Assembly (NCBI GenBank): GCA_031411295.1
Contig: JANOAV010000035.1
Span: 85,043 to 149,042 of the forward strand
Origin: Verrucomicrobiales bacterium
GTDB taxonomy: Bacteria > Verrucomicrobiota > Verrucomicrobiia > Verrucomicrobiales > V1-33
Direction of reading: 5' to 3'
DNA length: 64,000 nt
The first letter of the stretch is position 1. Each line of letters opens with the position of its first letter. The position numbers and the translations under genes are program-made. Below, in pieces: positions 1 through 10,283 of the stretch. The notes beneath the pieces are model-generated. The model was not told where the DNA came from and ran no database searches. It saw only the letters and a program-made list of their open reading frames with translations.

Positions 1-2619
1 GAAACCGAACCCGACTTCGCCCGCACACTGGCGTTGGTGGGGCCGGATCCTGAGACTGGTCAGGCTCGGGTGATCACACCGGACAATCATTTGCTCACAC
101 CAGCTGGGCAACAAATCTCGCTGCCTGGGATGCGTCCCCAAGCCCTGGCACTGAGCCCGAATGGGAAAATCCTCGTGGCGGCGGGCAAGATCTCCGGCAT
201 CACCCTCATCAACCCGGCCACAGGCGAAGTTAAAGGCCGCGTTGAGTTGCCAGGAGACTCTGAGGAAGCACCGAACCCTGTTTCCGGAAACATCCTCAAG
301 CCGGATCGCAGTGGTCAGTTGAGTTTCACCGGGCTGATTTTTTCCGCCACTGGCGAACGACTCTATCTCTCCAACGTCAATGGCAGCATCAAAGAGTTTT
401 CCGTTAGTGAAGCAGGTGAAATCAAGCCGCTGCGCAATCTCCCGCTGCCGCCAGCGAACGCTCCCAACCGCAAGAACGAGATCCCTTCCGGGCTGACGCT
501 TTCAGCGGATAATCGCAAACTCTACATCGCCCTGAACCTCAGTAACCGCGTGGCGGAAATGGACGTGGCGTCCGGCACCGTCCTGCGAACATGGGACTGC
601 GGGGTGGCTCCTTATGATGTGAAGGTGCTGGGGAATAAATTATACGTTAGCAATTGGGGCGGTCGTCGCCCGGATGGATCCAGCCCCGAAGCCCATGCCG
701 GACGCGGGATGACGGTGCGGGTGGAGGCCAGAACCCAGGTCGCCAGCGAGGGATCGCTTTCCGTGATTGATCTCGTCGGCAACCAACCGCCCAAGGAGTT
801 GGTCACTGGTCGGCATGCCAGCGGACTAGCCGTTTCGCCCGATGGAAAGTTCCTCTGCGTGGCGTGTGCCACCAGTGATTATGTGGAGGTGTTGGATGTG
901 GCTAGTGAGACCTGGCGAGGGCACTTCTTTCCCAAGCAAACCCCCGCCGACCTCTTCGGAGCCGGGCCGAACGCGCTGACGTTTGATCCCGCCGGGAAGC
1001 ACTTATATGTCTGCAATGGCACCCAAAACGCCATGGCAGTGCTGGAGTGGGAAGACGGCACGGCTGAATTTCAAGGCTTGCTGCCGACTGGTTGGTATCC
1101 CGGTGCGGTCGTGGTGGATGCGGCTAGGCAACAACTCTGTGTTGGCAACGTGAAAGGTATCGGCCCTGAGCCGGCGAAGAACAGGGGCTTCAACACCCAC
1201 CAATATTTCGGCACCGTGAGTCTGATTCCGCTGCCCCAGGATAAGTCTGCGCTAGCCGCCCACACTAAGACCGTGACCGTGAATAATCGGGTTCCGTTGC
1301 TGCCCCTGGCCATGGCCCCGCCTCGTCCGAGCGCACTGCCCCGCCCCCTCCCCAGCCGCGTGGGAGAGCCCAGTGTCTTCAAGCATGTGCTCTATATCAT
1401 TAAGGAAAATCGCACTTACGACCAAGTCCTGGGCGACCTGAAAGAAGGCAACGGAGATCCCAAACTCTGCATCTTTGGCGAGCAAATCACGCCGAACCAA
1501 CATCAGTTCTGTCGGGATTTCGTTTTGCTAGACAACACCTACTGTTCCGGCATCCTCAGTGCCGACGGGCACAACTGGTCCTGTAGCGCCTTCACCACGG
1601 ACTATATGGAGAAACAATTTGCCGGCTTCCCCCGGAGCTATCCGGACGGCTCGGAAGCGGCCAACGCCGACGCCTTGGCGTGGTCCCCCGGCGGCTTTAT
1701 TTGGGATCATGCTCTGGCGAAGGGCCTGCCGATTCGGATCTACGGTGAGTTCGCCACGGTGCGGCGGGCCTGGAAAGACCCCGAGCGACCTGGCAAGCCA
1801 TTGTTTCCAGAGATCTGGCAGGACTGGTTGACCCATCATGGTGGGGCAGATAGTGAAGTTTCTCTGGGCGCTAAGGCCAACATCTCCACCGTGCAGCCGC
1901 ACCTGAATGAGGATTTTGCCGCCTTTGATAACGACATCCCTGACGTCATCCGCGCCCAAGTGTTTCTCAAGGAGTTGGCGCAGTGGGAAACCACCGGGAA
2001 GATGCCCGCCCTCAGCATCATGAGTCTCGGCGGAGACCACACCAGCGGCACCAAGCCCGGCAAGCCCACCCCGCGCGCCCAAGTGGCAGACAACGATCTG
2101 GCGTTCGGTCAAATGGTGGAAGCCCTCAGCAAGAGTCGCTTCTGGAAAGACACCTGCATCATCGCCATTGAAGATGATCCACAGAACGGATGGGATCACG
2201 TCAGCGGCTATCGCACCACGGCCTACGTCCTCAGCGCCTGGTCCCGCGGGCGCGGCACGGTTTCCACGCAATACAATCAGACCAGCGTGCTGCGCACTAT
2301 CGAACTCATGCTAGGGTTGCCTCCCATGAACGAACTGGACGCCACCGCCACCCCCATGTTCGATTGCTTTGGCGACGAACCGGACTTCACCCCATACATC
2401 GCCCAGAAGCCTCGCTGGCCGCTGGATGACATGAATCCCACCCCTGCCAAAATCACCGATGCCACCTTGCGCAAGGATGCCGAGGTCTCAGCTACGCTGC
2501 CATTTGAGGAAATGGACCAATGCCCGGAGGACATCCTCAACGAGATCCTCTGGCGTGCCGTCAAAGGCCCGCAAGTGCCCTTCCCCCATTGGGCCGTAGC
2601 CTTGCAGGAGGAGGATTAG
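1..2619 (+). CDS. YVTN/YncE beta-propeller + phosphoesterase (alkaline-phosphatase-like) fusion protein, probably 5'-truncated by the window edge
   Basis: Frame open from base 1; propeller repeats (ALSPNGK, LYVSNWG, AVSPDGK) followed by KHVLYIIKENRTYDQVLGD, SADGHNW and EDDPQNGWDHV motifs. Confidence 0.85.
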   Translation, partial: ETEPDFARTLALVGPDPETGQARVITPDNHLLTPAGQQISLPGMRPQALALSPNGKILVAAGKISGITLINPATGEVKGRVELPGDSEEAPNPVSGNILKPDRSGQLSFTGLIFSATGERLYLSNVNGSIKEFSVSEAGEIKPLRNLPLPPANAPNRKNEIPSGLTLSADNRKLYIALNLSNRVAEMDVASGTVLRTWDCGVAPYDVKVLGNKLYVSNWGGRRPDGSSPEAHAGRGMTVRVEARTQVASEGSLSVIDLVGNQPPKELVTGRHASGLAVSPDGKFLCVACATSDYVEVLDVASETWRGHFFPKQTPADLFGAGPNALTFDPAGKHLYVCNGTQNAMAVLEWEDGTAEFQGLLPTGWYPGAVVVDAARQQLCVGNVKGIGPEPAKNRGFNTHQYFGTVSLIPLPQDKSALAAHTKTVTVNNRVPLLPLAMAPPRPSALPRPLPSRVGEPSVFKHVLYIIKENRTYDQVLGDLKEGNGDPKLCIFGEQITPNQHQFCRDFVLLDNTYCSGILSADGHNWSCSAFTTDYMEKQFAGFPRSYPDGSEAANADALAWSPGGFIWDHALAKGLPIRIYGEFATVRRAWKDPERPGKPLFPEIWQDWLTHHGGADSEVSLGAKANISTVQPHLNEDFAAFDNDIPDVIRAQVFLKELAQWETTGKMPALSIMSLGGDHTSGTKPGKPTPRAQVADNDLAFGQMVEALSKSRFWKDTCIIAIEDDPQNGWDHVSGYRTTAYVLSAWSRGRGTVSTQYNQTSVLRTIELMLGLPPMNELDATATPMFDCFGDEPDFTPYIAQKPRWPLDDMNPTPAKITDATLRKDAEVSATLPFEEMDQCPEDILNEILWRAVKGPQVPFPHWAVALQEED

Positions 2620-2806
2620 CCCCACTGCTAAATCGCTTGCTTGGATGCGCAGGTCGCCCAAAGCTGGCTGCGTAACGACCTGCCAAAATAATACTTCATT
2701 CCATTCGTCTCCTGGCATGGATTCACCGTGGTGGACAGCGGTTGCACGGTGCCAATCAACACCGAGTTGCGCAGCCGCAGCAGATGGGGCGAGGGAAATC
2801 GTGCTG

Positions 2807-2870
2807 GTCATCACGCGGAGCGATGATGACTACTTTCTGGATAGTAGCCGTCATCGCTCCGCGTGACGGC
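2807..2870. repeat. GTAG-type REP doublet (inverted pair)
   Basis: gtcatcacgcggagcgatgatgactac / gtagccgtcatcgctccgcgtgacggc, near-perfect inverted copies each with a GTAG foot. Confidence 0.7.
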
Positions 2871-3251
2871 AGTCGTTGGCAGGCGTAAGCGAGTTCGAAG
2901 CACGCCCGACTAGCGCGGCCTGGCAGGCCAACTTGCGGGGCCATTTGTCTGGCAGTGGCGCGAGCGGGGGGGGGTGATTCAGGGCTTGGATGGGGCAGGC
3001 AAGGCGGCCCACCCAAAAGCGAGGCAGCGCATCAGCCGCAGCCGGCGCGTGGGATTAGGAGTCGTCTTGATCTTCATGTGGCAATTGGTTTGGGATTAGC
3101 TTGCCCTACGCACCTCAAAATTTCCCCGCTTTCTACGTTGCCAGTCTGCGGGTGGTTGGTTAATCTCCGCGCCCGGAGGTGCGCCTTGAAGTGCGTTCAC
3201 GGTTTGTTTTCCTCCTGTTTGAATTTCCGATAAACCCTAGTCCATCTTGCC

Positions 3252-5219
3252 ATGAGCCACGAAACCATCGAATCCCATCTTGTTGAAAATCGCGTCTTTG
3301 CTCCGCCAGCGGCGTTTGCCCGGGGGGCTCGGGTGACTTCCATGGAGGACTATCAGGAACGCTATACGGCTTCCATCAAGGACCCTGCGGCCTTCTGGGC
3401 CAGTGAGGCGGCGGAGTTGGATTGGCAGGCTCCATGGGCGGAAACACTGCGTTGGGAGGTCCCTTTCGCGCAGTGGTTTGTGGGTGGGAAAATCAACCTG
3501 TGCGAGAACTGTGTGGATCGGCACGCCAATAATCCCGATCGCAAATACAAGGCCGCCATCATCTTCGAAGGCGAACCGGGCGACACCCGCACGATCACTT
3601 ATGGCGAACTGCAGCACGAAGTGGCCCGCACTGCGAATATGTTCCTTGCGCAGGGCATTAAGTCTGGTGATCGCGTGATTGTTTACATGCCGATGATTCC
3701 CGAGGCGGCCATTACGATGCTGGCTTGTGCCCGCATTGGAGCCGTGCACAGCGTCATTTTCGGTGGGTTCAGCGCCAGTGCGATTTATGATCGGGTGCTG
3801 GATAGCGGTGCCACGCACATCATCACTGCGGACGGCGGTTGGCGGCGGGGGAAGACGGTGCCGCTGAAGGACAATGTGGACGCCGCCCTGGCCATGGGCA
3901 CGACGCCGGTAAAAAGCGTGGTGGTGTTCCAACGCACCAAGCAGGCGGTGGCGATGGAAGCGGGACGGGATGTCTGGTGGCATGAGGCGATTGCAGGGGC
4001 CAGCACGGATTGTCCGCCAGTGGGATTGGATTCGGAACATCCGTTGTTCATTCTCTACACCAGCGGATCGACCGGGAAACCGAAGGGCATCCTGCACACC
4101 ACCGGTGGGTATGCGGTGGGAACTCACGCCACCACCAAATACATTTTCGACCTGCAGGAAAAGGACGTTTACTGGTGCACGGCAGATGTGGGTTGGATCA
4201 CGGGGCATAGTTACATTGTCTATGGACCACTGGCCAATGGGGCCACGGTGCTGATGTATGAAGGCGCGCCCGATACGCCGCACTTCGGCCGCTTCTGGGA
4301 GATCGTGGAGAAATACAAGGTGAGCATTCTCTACACCGCCCCCACCGCCATCCGTGCCTTCATTAAGTGGGGGGACGAGCATGTCACGAAATATGATCTC
4401 TCCAGCCTTCGATTGTTAGGCTCGGTGGGGGAACCAATCAATCCGGAGGCCTGGATGTGGTATCACAAAATGATCGGTGGCAGCCGCTGTCCGATAGTGG
4501 ATACTTGGTGGCAGACGGAAACGGGAGCCATCCTGATTTCTCCCATGCCCGGAGCCACGCCCACCAAACCCGGCACCGCCACGTTGCCCTTCTTCGGCAT
4601 TGATGCCGCCATTGTCGATGAGACCGGTCAAGAGTGCGGCCCCAATGAAGGTGGTCGCCTCGTGGTGCGTCATCCCTGGCCCTCCATGCTGCGCACGCTC
4701 TGGGGCGATGCCGAGCGCTATGCCGCCACTTACTGGGCAGAGTATCCCGGATGGTATCTGACAGGCGACGGGGCGCGTCGTGACGAAGATGGCTATTTCT
4801 GGATCGTGGGTCGCTTGGACGACGTGCTGAATGTTTCCGGCCATCGCTTGGGCACGGCGGAATTGGAAAGTGCGCTGGCCAGCCATCCAGCAGTAGCGGA
4901 AGCCGCCGTCGTGGGTCGCCCGGACGAAATCAAAGGTCAGGCACCCGTGGCATTTGTGACGTTGAAGACTGGATTTGAAGCTTCCCATGATTTGGCGAAA
5001 GCCCTAAAGGCCCACGTGGCCAAGGAAATTGGGGCCATCGCGCGCCCGGATGATATTCGTTTCACGGCCTCGTTGCCGAAGACACGCTCCGGCAAAATCA
5101 TGCGGCGCTTGCTGAAGGAAATTTGCGCGGGCGGACAAATCAAGGGTGATACCACGACCTTGGATGACCTCAGCGTGCTGGCGAGCCTATCCGCTGCCGC
5201 CAAGGCCGATGATGAGTAG
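3252..5219 (+). CDS. acs: Acetyl-CoA synthetase
   Basis: [34 protein letters not shown] and [12 protein letters not shown] motifs. Confidence 0.97.
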   Translation: MSHETIESHLVENRVFAPPAAFARGARVTSMEDYQERYTASIKDPAAFWASEAAELDWQAPWAETLRWEVPFAQWFVGGKINLCENCVDRHANNPDRKYKAAIIFEGEPGDTRTITYGELQHEVARTANMFLAQGIKSGDRVIVYMPMIPEAAITMLACARIGAVHSVIFGGFSASAIYDRVLDSGATHIITADGGWRRGKTVPLKDNVDAALAMGTTPVKSVVVFQRTKQAVAMEAGRDVWWHEAIAGASTDCPPVGLDSEHPLFILYTSGSTGKPKGILHTTGGYAVGTHATTKYIFDLQEKDVYWCTADVGWITGHSYIVYGPLANGATVLMYEGAPDTPHFGRFWEIVEKYKVSILYTAPTAIRAFIKWGDEHVTKYDLSSLRLLGSVGEPINPEAWMWYHKMIGGSRCPIVDTWWQTETGAILISPMPGATPTKPGTATLPFFGIDAAIVDETGQECGPNEGGRLVVRHPWPSMLRTLWGDAERYAATYWAEYPGWYLTGDGARRDEDGYFWIVGRLDDVLNVSGHRLGTAELESALASHPAVAEAAVVGRPDEIKGQAPVAFVTLKTGFEASHDLAKALKAHVAKEIGAIARPDDIRFTASLPKTRSGKIMRRLLKEICAGGQIKGDTTTLDDLSVLASLSAAAKADDE

Positions 5220-5243
5220 AGTTGCTGCTCTGAATCGAGTGTG

Positions 5244-5266
5244 ACCGCAGTCCGCCGGACTGCGGT
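5244..5266. terminator. GC-rich hairpin between convergent acs and mazG
   Basis: accgcagtcc-gcc-ggactgcggt perfect 10-bp stem; no U-tract. Confidence 0.45.
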
Positions 5267-5274
5267 GGCACGCG

Positions 5275-6069
5275 TTAGGATTTCATTTTAGCGGCTTGCC
5301 AATGGGCCTCCATGGTTGCGACGTCCGCTACGCCCAAGGGCGTGGTCGTGGTTTGGAGGCTGGTTTCCATTTGATGGAAACGATCCGTGAATTTGGTGTT
5401 CGTCGCACTGAGCAGGACCTCGGGGTCGTGGCCCAGTTTGCGGGCCAGATTGACGACGCTGAAGAGGAGATCGCCAATTTCTTCTGCGGTGGCCACGGGA
5501 TCGCCCTTGGCTAGTTCCACCTCGGTTTCGGCTAGTTCTTCGCGAATTTTCTCGATGATGCCGACAGTGTCTGGCCAGTCGAACCCTACTTTGGCCGCCT
5601 TCTTCTGGAGTTTAGCGGCTCGGGTTAGGCTGGGGAGGGCTTTGGTGATGCCTTCCAGAAAGGCCTGCGGTCGATTCCCCTTTTCAGCTTTTTTGATTTC
5701 ATCCCATTGCTTCAAGACGGCGGAGGTATCGCTAACATCACTGGAGCCATAGACGTGAGGATGGCGGCGGATGAGCTTTTCAGAAATGCCGTGAGCAATG
5801 GTGTCGAGGTTGAAGCGATCGGTCTCGGAGGCGATTTCGCCATGCAGGACGACTTGGAGGAGGAGGTCGCCCAACTCTTCGCGCATGTGTTCAGTGTCGT
5901 CGGACTGGATGGCTTCCAGCGTTTCGTAAGCTTCTTCCAGTAAATTTGTGCCCAAGGAAAGGTGCGTTTGCTCCTGATCCCAGGGACAGCCCCCCGGGCT
6001 GCGCAGATCATGCACAATTTGCTTCAAGCGCGTGAGGCCGTCGGGATGGATTGGGGTGGGGAGGGGCAT
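5275..6069 (-). CDS. mazG: Nucleoside triphosphate pyrophosphohydrolase MazG
   Basis: LRSPGGCPWDQEQTH, EEAYE, EELGDLLLQV, KLIRRHPHV, EEIGDLLF; start placed at the MPLPTP ATG. Confidence 0.93.
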   Translation of the reverse strand: MPLPTPIHPDGLTRLKQIVHDLRSPGGCPWDQEQTHLSLGTNLLEEAYETLEAIQSDDTEHMREELGDLLLQVVLHGEIASETDRFNLDTIAHGISEKLIRRHPHVYGSSDVSDTSAVLKQWDEIKKAEKGNRPQAFLEGITKALPSLTRAAKLQKKAAKVGFDWPDTVGIIEKIREELAETEVELAKGDPVATAEEIGDLLFSVVNLARKLGHDPEVLLSATNTKFTDRFHQMETSLQTTTTPLGVADVATMEAHWQAAKMKS

Positions 6070-6166
6070 GATAAGTAACGGAGCAGGAGAATTGGAGCGA
6101 GGAGTGGCGGCAGGACAAACGCGGGCCCCTCCGAGCGGTGCGCTAAATTTCCCCCACTGGCAAGAG

Positions 6167-6346
6167 CTAATCGCCCAGTCCCAGCGCCTCCGCCCAGACT
6201 TCATCATCCGCTTCATCGAAGCGAATGAGCATGGGGCGACAGCAGACTTCGCAATCGTAATCGACCTCACACGGGACCTCGTCCAGGGACGGGGCCAGCA
6301 CGGAGAATTCCTCGAAGCAGGATGGGCAAGTGACAGGGCAGAGCAT
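6167..6346 (-). CDS. CPXCG-motif small cysteine-rich protein (59 aa)
   Basis: MLCPVTCPSCFE...DYDCEVCCRP pattern. Confidence 0.8.
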   Translation of the reverse strand: MLCPVTCPSCFEEFSVLAPSLDEVPCEVDYDCEVCCRPMLIRFDEADDEVWAEALGLGD

Positions 6347-6563
6347 CGCGCAACATGGACCAAAATGCGATCGGTCGCAAGTTCCGCGTAATCCAGAACC
6401 AATGCGCGTGTGGTGCGTAATGCTGCGATGGACCATGCTGCTATCCACCGATGGCATTGTCGTGTGTCGGTTCGGAAGAAAAACCATTTTCTTTCCGCCA
6501 ATCGCTGCTATTCTCCGCGCTCCCGCACCGACCCATTTTCTCCTTTTTCCATTCCCTCCGGCC

Positions 6564-9500
6564 ATGACCAGCGCTCAAATTCGCCAATCCTTCCTCGATT
6601 TCTTCAAGTCCAAGCAACACACCATCGTGCCCAGCGACAACGTGGGTTACACGAGCCGTGATGGCGCGCGGATCTTTACCAATGCAGGGATGAATCAGTT
6701 CGTGCCCATCTTCCTGGGCGAGCGCACCGCCGATGTGGACACCTGGCCGGGCGTGCTCAGCAAGGGCCTGCCCACGCGGGCAGCGGACACGCAGAAGTGC
6801 ATTCGCGCAGGCGGGAAACACAACGATTTGGAGGATGTGGGCCTGGACACTTACCACCACACGTTCTTCGAAATGTTGGGGAACTGGAGTTTTGGCGACT
6901 ATTTCAAAAAGGAAGCCATCGCTTGGGCGTGGGAACTGGTGATCGAGAAATGGAAATTTCCACCCACCCGCGTCTTCGCCACCATTTACCAACCCGGCCC
7001 CGGGGATCCAGCGGATCGCGACCAGGAGGCCTGGGACATCTGGGCGGAGAAATTCCGCAGCGTGGGCTTGGACCCGGACATTCACATCGTGAACGGCAAC
7101 AAGAAGGACAACTTCTGGATGATGGCCGACACCGGTCCGTGCGGTCCGTGCACAGAAGTGCATATCGACCTAACACCCGGCCCGATTGCCTTGGATGAAG
7201 ATCGCCAACGCGCTGGTGCAAAGCTGGTGAATGGATCGGACGCGAGCTGTATTGAGATCTGGAACAATGTGTTCATTCAATACAATGCCAATCCCGATGG
7301 CACCTTCGTGCCGCTGCCCGCCCAACACGTCGATACCGGCATGGGCTTCGAGCGCGTGTGTTCGATCATCCAAGGCACGAAAAATTTCACCGACTTCGAG
7401 ACTGCGAAGATCAGCAATTATGACACGGATGTCTTCAAGCCGATCTTCGATGAACTAACTAAACTCAGCGGCAAGCACTACAAGAGCACGCTCCCGAAAG
7501 CCAACGAGCAAGGAAACGTAGTCCCTGTGACCGAGCAGGAGAAAATCGACGTGGCCTTCCGCGTCATTGCCGACCATTTGCGCACCCTGAGTTTCTCCAT
7601 TGCGGACGGCATTCAGCCGGGGAACTCGGATCGGAATTACACCCTGCGCCGGATCCTGCGTCGGGCGGTAAAATACGGCCGCACCCTGGAATTCCAGGAG
7701 CCGTTCTTCTACAAACTGGTGGACGTGCTGGCCGAACACATGGGCGATGTCTTCCCGGAGATTCGTGTGAAGCGTGAGCAGGTGAAGGCGGTGCTGAAGG
7801 TCGAAGAGGAGAGCTTTAATCGGACGCTGGATAAGGGCATCGTGCTATTCGAGAGCGAAGCGAATCGATTGCTAGGCACCGCAGGTGCCGCCCCGGGTAG
7901 GGCGGGTGTCTCACCCGCCGGGGTCGGCGTCCCGCCGACCTCTCAGGGCGTCTCGCCCTCTTCTGGTGCGTCTCGCACCAAACGCAGAACGCTGCCCCAT
8001 TTCGAAAAACCTTGGGCCATTTACAACCTCACGGTCACCACGCGTGATCGTCGTTTCCTAACTCCCGAGGCAAGAACCATTACGCTGGACGCCATCAAAC
8101 ATTTTGATGGCAAGCGTTTCGAGCTATTTGCAGCTTGTGTGATGCCGGACCATTTTCACATGCTCCTACAACCTTGGCCGAAGGAAAACGATGGAACCTC
8201 CGTGTTCTGGACGTTGGGCGAGATTATGCATTCCGTAAAGAGTTTTACTGCAAAGGAGATTAACAAGCAGGAAGGGACTACTGGCTCGGTGTGGAATGAG
8301 GAACGGTTTGATCGCTATATTCGGTCAGATGCTGATTTGGAGGAGAAGTATAACTATATTTTAGATAACCCTCGCAGGGCTGAAATTGTCTCCATGGTTG
8401 GGGAGTATCAGTGGACTTGGACGCACGATGACAGGCTGGGCGAGACGCCCGAAGGAAGCGAGACGCTTCGTGCGTTTGGCGAGACGCCAAACGCGGCGGG
8501 CGGGACGCCCGCCCTACCCGTGCCTTGCGATGCCTCCGGCATCGTCCCATCTGGCGCAACTTGCGCCGATTCCTCAGGTAGGGCGGGTGTCCCGCCCCTT
8601 TCCGCAGACTTCGCCTTCCGCCTTTACGACGAACAAGGCTTCCCACTAGACCTCACAGAACTCCTAGCGCGCGAACGCGGCCTAACGGTAGACACCGCTG
8701 GCTTTGAAAAACTAATGGATGAACAAAAGGCTCGCGCTCGTGCGGCTGGCCAAAAGAACAAACAGATCGTTTCCGTCAGTGAAATCGAGACCAAGGAACC
8801 GACGAAATTTATCGGTTACGATGCATTGGAAGCCGATGCCAAGGTGCTGGAAGTCGTTTCCATGAAGGATAAGACAGCGGTGGTCTTGGACACATCCACT
8901 TGCTATGCCGAAATGGGCGGTCAGGTGGGTGATGCCGGTAATTTCATCATCGGGGCCAACAATTTCCCCATCGTTTCCACCACCAAGGTCGGCAACACAT
9001 GGCTGCATTTCCTGGAAGGCGAAGACGCCCCGGCGGTTGGTTCCACGGTGCGACTCGCAGTGGATGCGGAGCGTCGTCACGCCATCGAGCGGCACCATAC
9101 CGTGACCCATATTCTGCATTGGGCACTGCATGAGGTCGTCAACAAAGACGCCACCCAGAAGGGCTCCAACGTGACTCCAGAGAAACTCACCTTCGATTTC
9201 AACAGCGCAGCCCTAACGCCGAACCAATTGGCCGACATCGAGCGTCTGGTGAACGAACGCATCGTGGCGAACGAATCCGTTTCCTGGAGCGAAGTGCCCT
9301 ACGCCGACATCAAATCCAACCCCGGCATCATGGCTCTCTTTGGCGAGAAATATGGCGATCTGGTCCGCGTGGTGCAGATCGGCGGGAAGCCTCATGCGCT
9401 CAACGGTTACAGCATGGAACTCTGCGGCGGCACCCACACCCGCGGCACGGGTGAAATCGGACTCTTCAAACTGGTCAGCGAAAGCGCAGTAGCCGCAGGC

Positions 9501-10034
9501 GTCCGCCGTATCGAAGCCATTGCCGGCCTCGAAGCCTACCACACCGCCCGCAGCGAAACCGAACTCCTCCGCACCCTGGCCGGGAAACTCAGCGCTCAAG
9601 GCACCGCTGACTTGGAAAAGAAATTGGACGCTATGCTGGAACACACCAAGTCACTAGAACGCACTATTAAAGCCGCCCAGCAGCGCGAAGCCTCCGGCAA
9701 AGCCAAGGAACTTCTCGCCAGCGCCAAGGAAAACATCATCATCGCCAACCTGGGCGATGTGGATGCCGACTACCTCGTAGCCGTGACTGATGTGCTCAAA
9801 GTGCAACTGAACGGCGTGGTCGTCCTCGGCGGCACCGGCGGCGGAAACGTCGCGTTAGTGGCCAGCGTGGGTAAAGATTGGCAAGCCCGCGTGCAGGCAG
9901 GCAAAATCATCTCCGCCATCGCCCCCATCGTCGGCGGCAAAGGCGGCGGCAAACCCGACTTCGCCCGCGGCGGCGGCAAGGACAGCAGCAAAGTGGACCA
10001 AGCCCTGACTGAGGCACGGAAGTTGATTGGATAG
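6564..10034 (+). CDS. alaS: Alanine--tRNA ligase with an in-frame RAYT transposase insertion (1156 aa)
   Basis: MTSAQIRQSFLDFF, FTNAGMNQF, HHTFFEMLGNWSFGDYFK, DTGMGFER, editing HHTVTH/ELCGGTH, C-terminal GGKGGG. Confidence 0.97.
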   Translation: MTSAQIRQSFLDFFKSKQHTIVPSDNVGYTSRDGARIFTNAGMNQFVPIFLGERTADVDTWPGVLSKGLPTRAADTQKCIRAGGKHNDLEDVGLDTYHHTFFEMLGNWSFGDYFKKEAIAWAWELVIEKWKFPPTRVFATIYQPGPGDPADRDQEAWDIWAEKFRSVGLDPDIHIVNGNKKDNFWMMADTGPCGPCTEVHIDLTPGPIALDEDRQRAGAKLVNGSDASCIEIWNNVFIQYNANPDGTFVPLPAQHVDTGMGFERVCSIIQGTKNFTDFETAKISNYDTDVFKPIFDELTKLSGKHYKSTLPKANEQGNVVPVTEQEKIDVAFRVIADHLRTLSFSIADGIQPGNSDRNYTLRRILRRAVKYGRTLEFQEPFFYKLVDVLAEHMGDVFPEIRVKREQVKAVLKVEEESFNRTLDKGIVLFESEANRLLGTAGAAPGRAGVSPAGVGVPPTSQGVSPSSGASRTKRRTLPHFEKPWAIYNLTVTTRDRRFLTPEARTITLDAIKHFDGKRFELFAACVMPDHFHMLLQPWPKENDGTSVFWTLGEIMHSVKSFTAKEINKQEGTTGSVWNEERFDRYIRSDADLEEKYNYILDNPRRAEIVSMVGEYQWTWTHDDRLGETPEGSETLRAFGETPNAAGGTPALPVPCDASGIVPSGATCADSSGRAGVPPLSADFAFRLYDEQGFPLDLTELLARERGLTVDTAGFEKLMDEQKARARAAGQKNKQIVSVSEIETKEPTKFIGYDALEADAKVLEVVSMKDKTAVVLDTSTCYAEMGGQVGDAGNFIIGANNFPIVSTTKVGNTWLHFLEGEDAPAVGSTVRLAVDAERRHAIERHHTVTHILHWALHEVVNKDATQKGSNVTPEKLTFDFNSAALTPNQLADIERLVNERIVANESVSWSEVPYADIKSNPGIMALFGEKYGDLVRVVQIGGKPHALNGYSMELCGGTHTRGTGEIGLFKLVSESAVAAGVRRIEAIAGLEAYHTARSETELLRTLAGKLSAQGTADLEKKLDAMLEHTKSLERTIKAAQQREASGKAKELLASAKENIIIANLGDVDADYLVAVTDVLKVQLNGVVVLGGTGGGNVALVASVGKDWQARVQAGKIISAIAPIVGGKGGGKPDFARGGGKDSSKVDQALTEARKLIG
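7895..8598 (+). mobile_element. REP-associated tyrosine transposase (RAYT/TnpA-REP, Y1 HUH) flanked by REP arrays, in frame within alaS
   Basis: RRTLPHF, CVMPDHFH (HUH), KSFTAKEIN, VWNEERFDRYIR, YILDNP; terminal inverted repeats gggtagggcggg...cccgccctaccc. Confidence 0.9.
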
Positions 10035-10283
10035 GCTGTGACGGCTACTGAACTCACCGCTCATTTGACAGCGCCCCCTGACTTGCCTGAAATGAGGAAC
10101 ACCGAACCCTACCTTGCTTCCGAGGCCATGCGGCACAACGTTCGTGGCATTCGTCAGAAAATCATGAAGCGCAGTCCAGACGTCATGTGCGCGCTCGACG
10201 ACTATCCACCCACTTCATGGGCGCCGAATGGGGCGCGGTTAAGCCCAAGTTGACAAGCCCCCGCTCGTCCCGCATGTTGCTCC

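Noticed and set aside
2620..3230. Short ORFs between the phosphoesterase gene and acs
   Set aside because: They overlap a REP doublet and show no coherent protein features.
3237..4988. Long antisense ORFs opposite acs (and similar ones opposite other genes)
   Set aside because: Typical shadow frames of GC-rich coding sequence, with no motifs of their own.
6330..6563. Long N-terminal extensions from the ORF track for alaS (similarly mazG, ECF, DUF1501, Uma2)
   Set aside because: Family-typical N-termini begin at downstream ATGs; the extensions overlap neighbouring genes or promoters.
7873..8598. Intein or self-splicing intron explanation for the alaS insert
   Set aside because: No C-terminal His-Asn followed by Cys/Ser/Thr, no Hint blocks, and no recognisable group I/II intron core; the motifs are those of a Y1 HUH transposase.
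10038..10253. 71-aa ORF after alaS
   Set aside because: No recognisable complete domain; it may be a gene remnant, but I cannot support a call.
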